In this document: positions 59,554-64,000 of the stretch, piece after piece
Numbering within the stretch: position 1 is the first letter of the stretch
Layout of the letters: every line of letters begins with the position of its first letter
Assembly: GCA_012103535.1 (NCBI GenBank)
Contig: WLWQ01000001.1
Span: 1,182,280 to 1,246,279, forward strand
Reading direction: 5' to 3'
From: Pseudomonadales bacterium
GTDB taxonomy: Bacteria; Pseudomonadota; Gammaproteobacteria; Pseudomonadales; Pseudohongiellaceae
Length of the DNA stretch: 64,000 bases
Position numbers and translations under genes: made by a program
The notes under the pieces: model-generated
What the model was told of the DNA's origin: nothing
The model's database searches: none
The model's input: the letters and a program-made list of their open reading frames with translations, nothing else

Positions 59554-60573
59554 TTAACGGTATGCAGGAAACATTCGGCGAAACTGTTCCATTCCTTCTT
59601 CCCAGTTAGACTGCCCACCGTAAAGAGGAATGTCTTCGACATTTACCTGGAATACACCGCCCCTTTCATTACCAATGAGCAGTGTCGAATCGTCGACCCA
59701 GGTTATTGCTTCCGCAACGCCGGTGGTTAACATCGACAAGCCAACTCTCCTTGCTTCACCTGATAACCATTTGCCTTCTTCGTCAGGCGCAGGAAACAAC
59801 CACAACTCTGTATATCCGGTAACGGCTAACCATTCTTCATTGGGAGAAAGATCCGCAGCAGTCGCGAAAAACACATCGTCATGGCTGTCGACTTTTTCCA
59901 ACACATTGATACGGTCGGTTTGCCAGTCCCTTAATCGGTACAAGTTGGTACCAGTGGCTAATTGGAAAATGCCCTCACCACGGTGTTTGGTTAAAACATA
60001 AATCACGCCGTCAAGAACAAATAGGGATTCGCTATCGAAATGCCATTGCTCTGGCGGATAACTGTCCTGATCTGGATAGGCAACGGGGATAAATTGTAGT
60101 GGTCGCGCCCGAAAGATTGCACGGGGATTAGGTTCGGTTAACACATAAATGCCCAGATCACGCCGGGCATTCCCATTGTTGCCCATATCAGCGATATAAA
60201 TGTTGCCATCTGCGACCGCAATATCTTCCCAATCGATGTTCGCAGCCAGTTCGACAATTAGACCTGGCCAGGATTCTTTTCCCCTTTCAGTTTCTTCACC
60301 GTGGTATTGACCATTCAAGAATGGAGGAATAAGTACTTTACCTTCACCGTTTAAAGCAAATAAGCGCGGTGCGTCGCCGCTATCGTTATGCACCCAATAA
60401 GCATCTTCGTACTGCCGAGATTTTGCAATGCCACTTAGCTCAGAAATTTCAGCAAACTCTACATCGAACAGCTTGGTTACAGCATTGTCTTGTTGCGCAA
60501 TCAATACTCGATCGATGAACACAATCGACAGGAACAGCACCAGCCCGGTTAGAAATTTGTTGAGATTATTCAA
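59554..60573 (-). CDS. Exported hypothetical protein, probably a beta-propeller
   Basis: 339 aa with an N-terminal hydrophobic anchor or signal. Blade-like motifs recur (WVHNDSGD, IYIADMGNNGN, VIYVLTKH, WLAVTGYTELWLF). The start is TTG, with no clear RBS. Confidence 0.5.
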   Translation of the reverse strand: MNNLNKFLTGLVLFLSIVFIDRVLIAQQDNAVTKLFDVEFAEISELSGIAKSRQYEDAYWVHNDSGDAPRLFALNGEGKVLIPPFLNGQYHGEETERGKESWPGLIVELAANIDWEDIAVADGNIYIADMGNNGNARRDLGIYVLTEPNPRAIFRARPLQFIPVAYPDQDSYPPEQWHFDSESLFVLDGVIYVLTKHRGEGIFQLATGTNLYRLRDWQTDRINVLEKVDSHDDVFFATAADLSPNEEWLAVTGYTELWLFPAPDEEGKWLSGEARRVGLSMLTTGVAEAITWVDDSTLLIGNERGGVFQVNVEDIPLYGGQSNWEEGMEQFRRMFPAYR

Positions 60574-60906
60574 AATGTTTCCAGGAGGGTTAGGTTTTTC
60601 ATAGCTCAGAGAGTATTAACTACAGGGCGATTTCGGATTCGATTATTTCCTTGTCACAAGGCTGCACCAAACACTAATCGAACTGTAAACGTTCAGTCAT
60701 CTCAAGGCAACGAAAGCCCAGCAATAACCCTCTTCCCTGCTATACCTAGTGATACAAACAGTATCTGGAGCTTTTCTGGAGAAAACCAAATTGTATAGCC
60801 GTGCACTATATGAAGTTCATGGTGTGAAGTCATGCTTGGAAGGTTGCGATCTCATACCATGAAAACGATTCGAATTTCTAAACATTCGAATTGTGTTCCC
60901 ATGAAA

Positions 60907-60933
60907 CCCCGGCCGCCTGGCCGGGGTTTTTTT
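60907..60933 (+). terminator. Orphan rho-independent terminator with no upstream CDS
   Basis: CCCCGGCC-gcct-GGCCGGGG is followed by TTTTTTT. It lies 140 nt upstream of the caspase-like gene, and no credible ORF precedes it on the plus strand. Confidence 0.75.
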
Positions 60934-61073
60934 ATGCCGATCCGTGATGCTGTTCAGGTTAGACTCAGTAAACCCGATGCTATACTCTAAATTAGTCAAT
61001 TACCTTTCATTTGCTTCATGGAAACGAACGCAAGTTTTAATTTCTTATACTTTTTATATAGATAGAGAAACCA

Positions 61074-63821
61074 ATGCCAACTATTGAATATCCGCAGGCT
61101 CTCGCTGTGCCTCGAAAACCAACCCACCTTGCTTTTTCAATCATTTGCTCAAGTGTTCTAGTGCTCTGCCTTTCCCAGTCCGCATTGGCCCAGGATGTTG
61201 CCGCCGTGCCTCTATATGGCACCGCCGACCTGGAAGCCGGTTTTCTGCCCGATCCGCATACCGTCGAGGTGTCGCCTGGTGGATTAACCGATGCCAGCAA
61301 TTTAGGTGGAACCTGTATTGGTTACATCGCTGGTGATCAACCGGATTACGGTTTGAATTACACAGCAGACGCTGAGCAACTCGGCATCTTTGTCGAATCA
61401 GATGTAGACACTACGCTGATCGTCAATGACCCGCGCGGAAACTGGCACTGCAACGATGATGCAGCGATGTTGATCGATGCCAATCCCGGCATCATGTTTA
61501 ATACTCCAATAAGTGGTAACTACAATATTTGGGTCGGTACCTATAGGGAAGACGAGGCAAGCAACTCAACAACTCTGGTCATTACCGAGTACGCCGAAGA
61601 AGAATGGGCAGCGCTAACTGTTCAGAACAAAGCCATCGAAAGCATCGCTGTGGTTGACGGCATCGATTTCGGCGACAACTCCAGTACCTGGGCCAACGAT
61701 GGTGAATGCGATGATCCCCGCTTCGAAGGCAATGGCATGGCATCCGAAACCATTGCCGAAGACACAAGACGAGACGCAACTGACTGTCTTGAACTCTACG
61801 AAGATGGTTCCATCCGCTTAATCGGTGGCTTCATTGGCGGCATTGATTTCGGCGATGACACCAGCACCTGGGCCAATGACGGCGAATGCGATGATCCCCG
61901 CTTCGAAGGGGTCGGCATGGCCTCATCCTTAGTCGAAAGTGACTTGTTCCATGACGCCAGCGATTGCATAAGCCTTTACCAGGCCGGAACAATACAACTG
62001 TTAGAAAACGCCGACGATCAAGTTGAAGGAAATATTCTACGTGGCACTTTGGCAATGGGTGATGAAACACTCGATGACGATTCCTTTGTCGACCGCTATA
62101 GCTTTAATGGCATTGCCGGCGGTACCGCAGTTGTCGATCTACGCTCCGGCAACTTCGATACCTTCCTCATCATGCGCTCACCCTCAGGCGCTGAGATGTC
62201 CAATGACGACTACGAAGACAGCTTCGATCGCTCCTTGTTAACCATCGATTCCCTCGAATCAGGCACCTACGAAGTCCTGGTCTCCAGTTACAGCGCCGGA
62301 GAAACCGGTGGCTATACCCTGGATATCGGCACGATTACCGCCATGCCAGGCACGAATGCCATGGATTATTCAGGCTCACTCTCCGCCAGTGACAATGAAC
62401 TCGTTGATGGCGAGTATTACGACAATTATGTTTTCGAAGGCGCGCCCGGACAGCGGGTAGTCGTGGATTTGCGCTCCGATGATTTTGATACCTATTTAAT
62501 AGTCCAAAGTCCTAACGGCGAAACCAGTGAAAACGATGATGCCGATGGCACAAACCATAGTCAGGTTGTTATGGACCTTTCCGAACTCGGTGTCTATGAG
62601 GTTTATGTCACTTCTTACAGCAGTGGTGAGACCGGCAGCTACGATTTGAATGTAGACGTTTCCCGCGACCAGCTTCAAATGGGTAGCCGCGACGTGGTGA
62701 ATATGGAATTAGGCGACAGTGTCAATGGCTCGCTACAAACTGGAGACACACTTTCCGACGATGGGCAATATCAAGACAGTTACATTTTTGATGGAGACGA
62801 AGGCGAAACGGTAACCATCGATATGACTTCAAGCGATATCGATACTTACATAACCCTCGCCACCCCTTCCGGCGAATTAATCGACAACGACGATCACAAT
62901 GGCAGCGTCGATCAATCACAGATTCAACTTACTTTGCCCGAGTCTGGCCGCTATCGCGTCATCGCCACCTCCTATGGCGAATCCGAAATAGGCAGCTATC
63001 GACTAAATCTACGCAGCGGTAGCAGCGGCTCTATCAGCAATACCACTCTGGTATCCGGCGAAGGCCAAATCTACGGCGTGTTTGCCGGCATTGCCGATTA
63101 CGCAGGTGAAGACAGCGACCTGCCATTAACGGATCAGGACGCAGAACGGGCACGCGATGCACTAATCGAAGGCGCAGGCATGAATCCCAACAATGCTTAC
63201 ACCTTGTTAAATTCCGACGCCACTATCGATAACTTTCGCAATGCACTCACAAATATTGCCGGCTCCGCTGGCGAAGATGACACGCTGGTGATTTTCTACT
63301 CTGGTCACGGTGGCCGCGTCGAGCGTGCTGCAGGACCAGACAGTCGTGACCCTGATGGCTTCGATGAAACCATGGTACTTTATGATTACGACTTACTGGA
63401 TGATGAACTCGCCAACATGTTAGATCAGATCGATGTGGGCAAGGTTTTATTAGTCATGGATGCCTGTTTTAGCGGCGGCTTCTCCAAAGACATCGTTTCT
63501 GTGCCTGGCCGCATGGGTCTCTTCTCTTCAGAAGAAGATGTGCTCTCTCAAGTGGCACTTAAATTTCAGGCCGGCGGATACCTTTCAGTCTTCTTCGAAG
63601 AAGCACTTACCGAACGCTATGCCGATGTCGATGAAAACGGTGAACTTACTGCAATCGAGTTAAGTCAGTATTTGCATAATCGTTTTCGAGCCGATGTGAA
63701 ATCTTCATTCGGTACCGATGAATATGTTCGGGCTAGTGGACCACAGGCGAATTACCAGCAGTTGGTTGTAGATCGCGGCGGCATTGGTCCTTATAACGTG
63801 CTGTTCAGACGACAGCTGTAA
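61074..63821 (+). CDS. Secreted multidomain caspase-like (peptidase C14) protein with pre-peptidase-C-terminal-like repeats
   Basis: Signal peptide (VLVLCLSQSALAQD). There is an N-terminal PPC-like domain, two 60-aa Cys-containing repeats and three PPC-like repeats (D.Y.F.G..G..V.VDL.S..FDTYL...SP.G....NDD). The C-terminal caspase fold has His (YSGHGG, codon 63306-63308) and Cys (MDACFSGG, codon 63465-63467). Confidence 0.75.
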   Translation: MPTIEYPQALAVPRKPTHLAFSIICSSVLVLCLSQSALAQDVAAVPLYGTADLEAGFLPDPHTVEVSPGGLTDASNLGGTCIGYIAGDQPDYGLNYTADAEQLGIFVESDVDTTLIVNDPRGNWHCNDDAAMLIDANPGIMFNTPISGNYNIWVGTYREDEASNSTTLVITEYAEEEWAALTVQNKAIESIAVVDGIDFGDNSSTWANDGECDDPRFEGNGMASETIAEDTRRDATDCLELYEDGSIRLIGGFIGGIDFGDDTSTWANDGECDDPRFEGVGMASSLVESDLFHDASDCISLYQAGTIQLLENADDQVEGNILRGTLAMGDETLDDDSFVDRYSFNGIAGGTAVVDLRSGNFDTFLIMRSPSGAEMSNDDYEDSFDRSLLTIDSLESGTYEVLVSSYSAGETGGYTLDIGTITAMPGTNAMDYSGSLSASDNELVDGEYYDNYVFEGAPGQRVVVDLRSDDFDTYLIVQSPNGETSENDDADGTNHSQVVMDLSELGVYEVYVTSYSSGETGSYDLNVDVSRDQLQMGSRDVVNMELGDSVNGSLQTGDTLSDDGQYQDSYIFDGDEGETVTIDMTSSDIDTYITLATPSGELIDNDDHNGSVDQSQIQLTLPESGRYRVIATSYGESEIGSYRLNLRSGSSGSISNTTLVSGEGQIYGVFAGIADYAGEDSDLPLTDQDAERARDALIEGAGMNPNNAYTLLNSDATIDNFRNALTNIAGSAGEDDTLVIFYSGHGGRVERAAGPDSRDPDGFDETMVLYDYDLLDDELANMLDQIDVGKVLLVMDACFSGGFSKDIVSVPGRMGLFSSEEDVLSQVALKFQAGGYLSVFFEEALTERYADVDENGELTAIELSQYLHNRFRADVKSSFGTDEYVRASGPQANYQQLVVDRGGIGPYNVLFRRQL

Positions 63822-63898
63822 ATTCAATCTTAGTAAGCCCGGGTATCGGCATAGAACGTTGTCCAATCCGCAATATCTATGGCTTGGAACCTCTTTAA

Positions 63899-63927
63899 GC
63901 CAGGGATCAATACCCTGGCTCTTTTGT
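63899..63927 (+). terminator. Rho-independent terminator of the caspase-like gene
   Basis: GCCAGGG-atcaata-CCCTGGC is followed by TCTTTTGTTT. Confidence 0.7.
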
Positions 63928-64000
63928 TTGTTTATATTCCTGTAAGTTATCTCAAAACTGCTTTTAATTACTGGGAACCACGTCGGTTCATTGTTGTCTA

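Noticed and set aside
60817-60999. 60-aa minus-strand ORF in the spacer upstream of the caspase-like gene
   Set aside because: It runs antisense through the plus-strand terminator hairpin and has no RBS. The region is better explained as non-coding RNA or structure.
1-64000. Search for mobile-element hallmarks, CRISPR arrays, tRNA/rRNA genes and classic defence genes
   Set aside because: I recognised no integrase, transposase or recombinase motifs, no regularly spaced direct repeats, no tRNA T-arm/acceptor patterns, and no restriction, toxin-antitoxin, retron RT or Cas signatures. The window appears to be core chromosome.

Overview
This is a 64-kb chromosomal segment that looks gammaproteobacterial: it has an E. 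coli-type LexA box, divergent ssb/uvrA, and tag, fpr, yccF and moeA. I support about 50 protein-coding genes, mostly housekeeping, transport and envelope functions. I saw no rRNA, tRNA, CRISPR array, transposase, integrase or phage gene, so it does not look like a classic mobile island. All family names come from motif and architecture recognition by eye; no database search was run.

The best candidate for an undescribed system is a plus-strand envelope gene cluster at about 26.7-39.1 kb:
- three paralogous membrane-anchored coiled-coil proteins;
- a 991-aa M16 zinc-peptidase lipoprotein;
- a tightly coupled operon of ABC ATPase, ABC-2 permease, double-PDZ lipoprotein, two FG-GAP propeller proteins and a small membrane protein.

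This cluster is transcribed divergently from a TolC/adaptor/ABC tripartite pump at 20.6-26.5 kb. The pump's adaptor carries a Met- and Gly/Arg-rich insertion.

Other notable items:
- a secreted multi-domain caspase-like (C14) protein at 61.1-63.8 kb, preceded by an orphan terminator with upstream hairpins;
- two structured elements in the unusually long ssb-uvrA spacer, which share an identical 26-nt GC-rich core inside different perfect 19-20-bp stems;
- a near-perfect SOS box in front of tag, with none found at ssb/uvrA;
- tandem operator-like repeats in front of a PadR gene;
- a frameshifted DAACS transporter gene;
- a 694-aa cytoplasmic coiled-coil protein with periodic cysteines.
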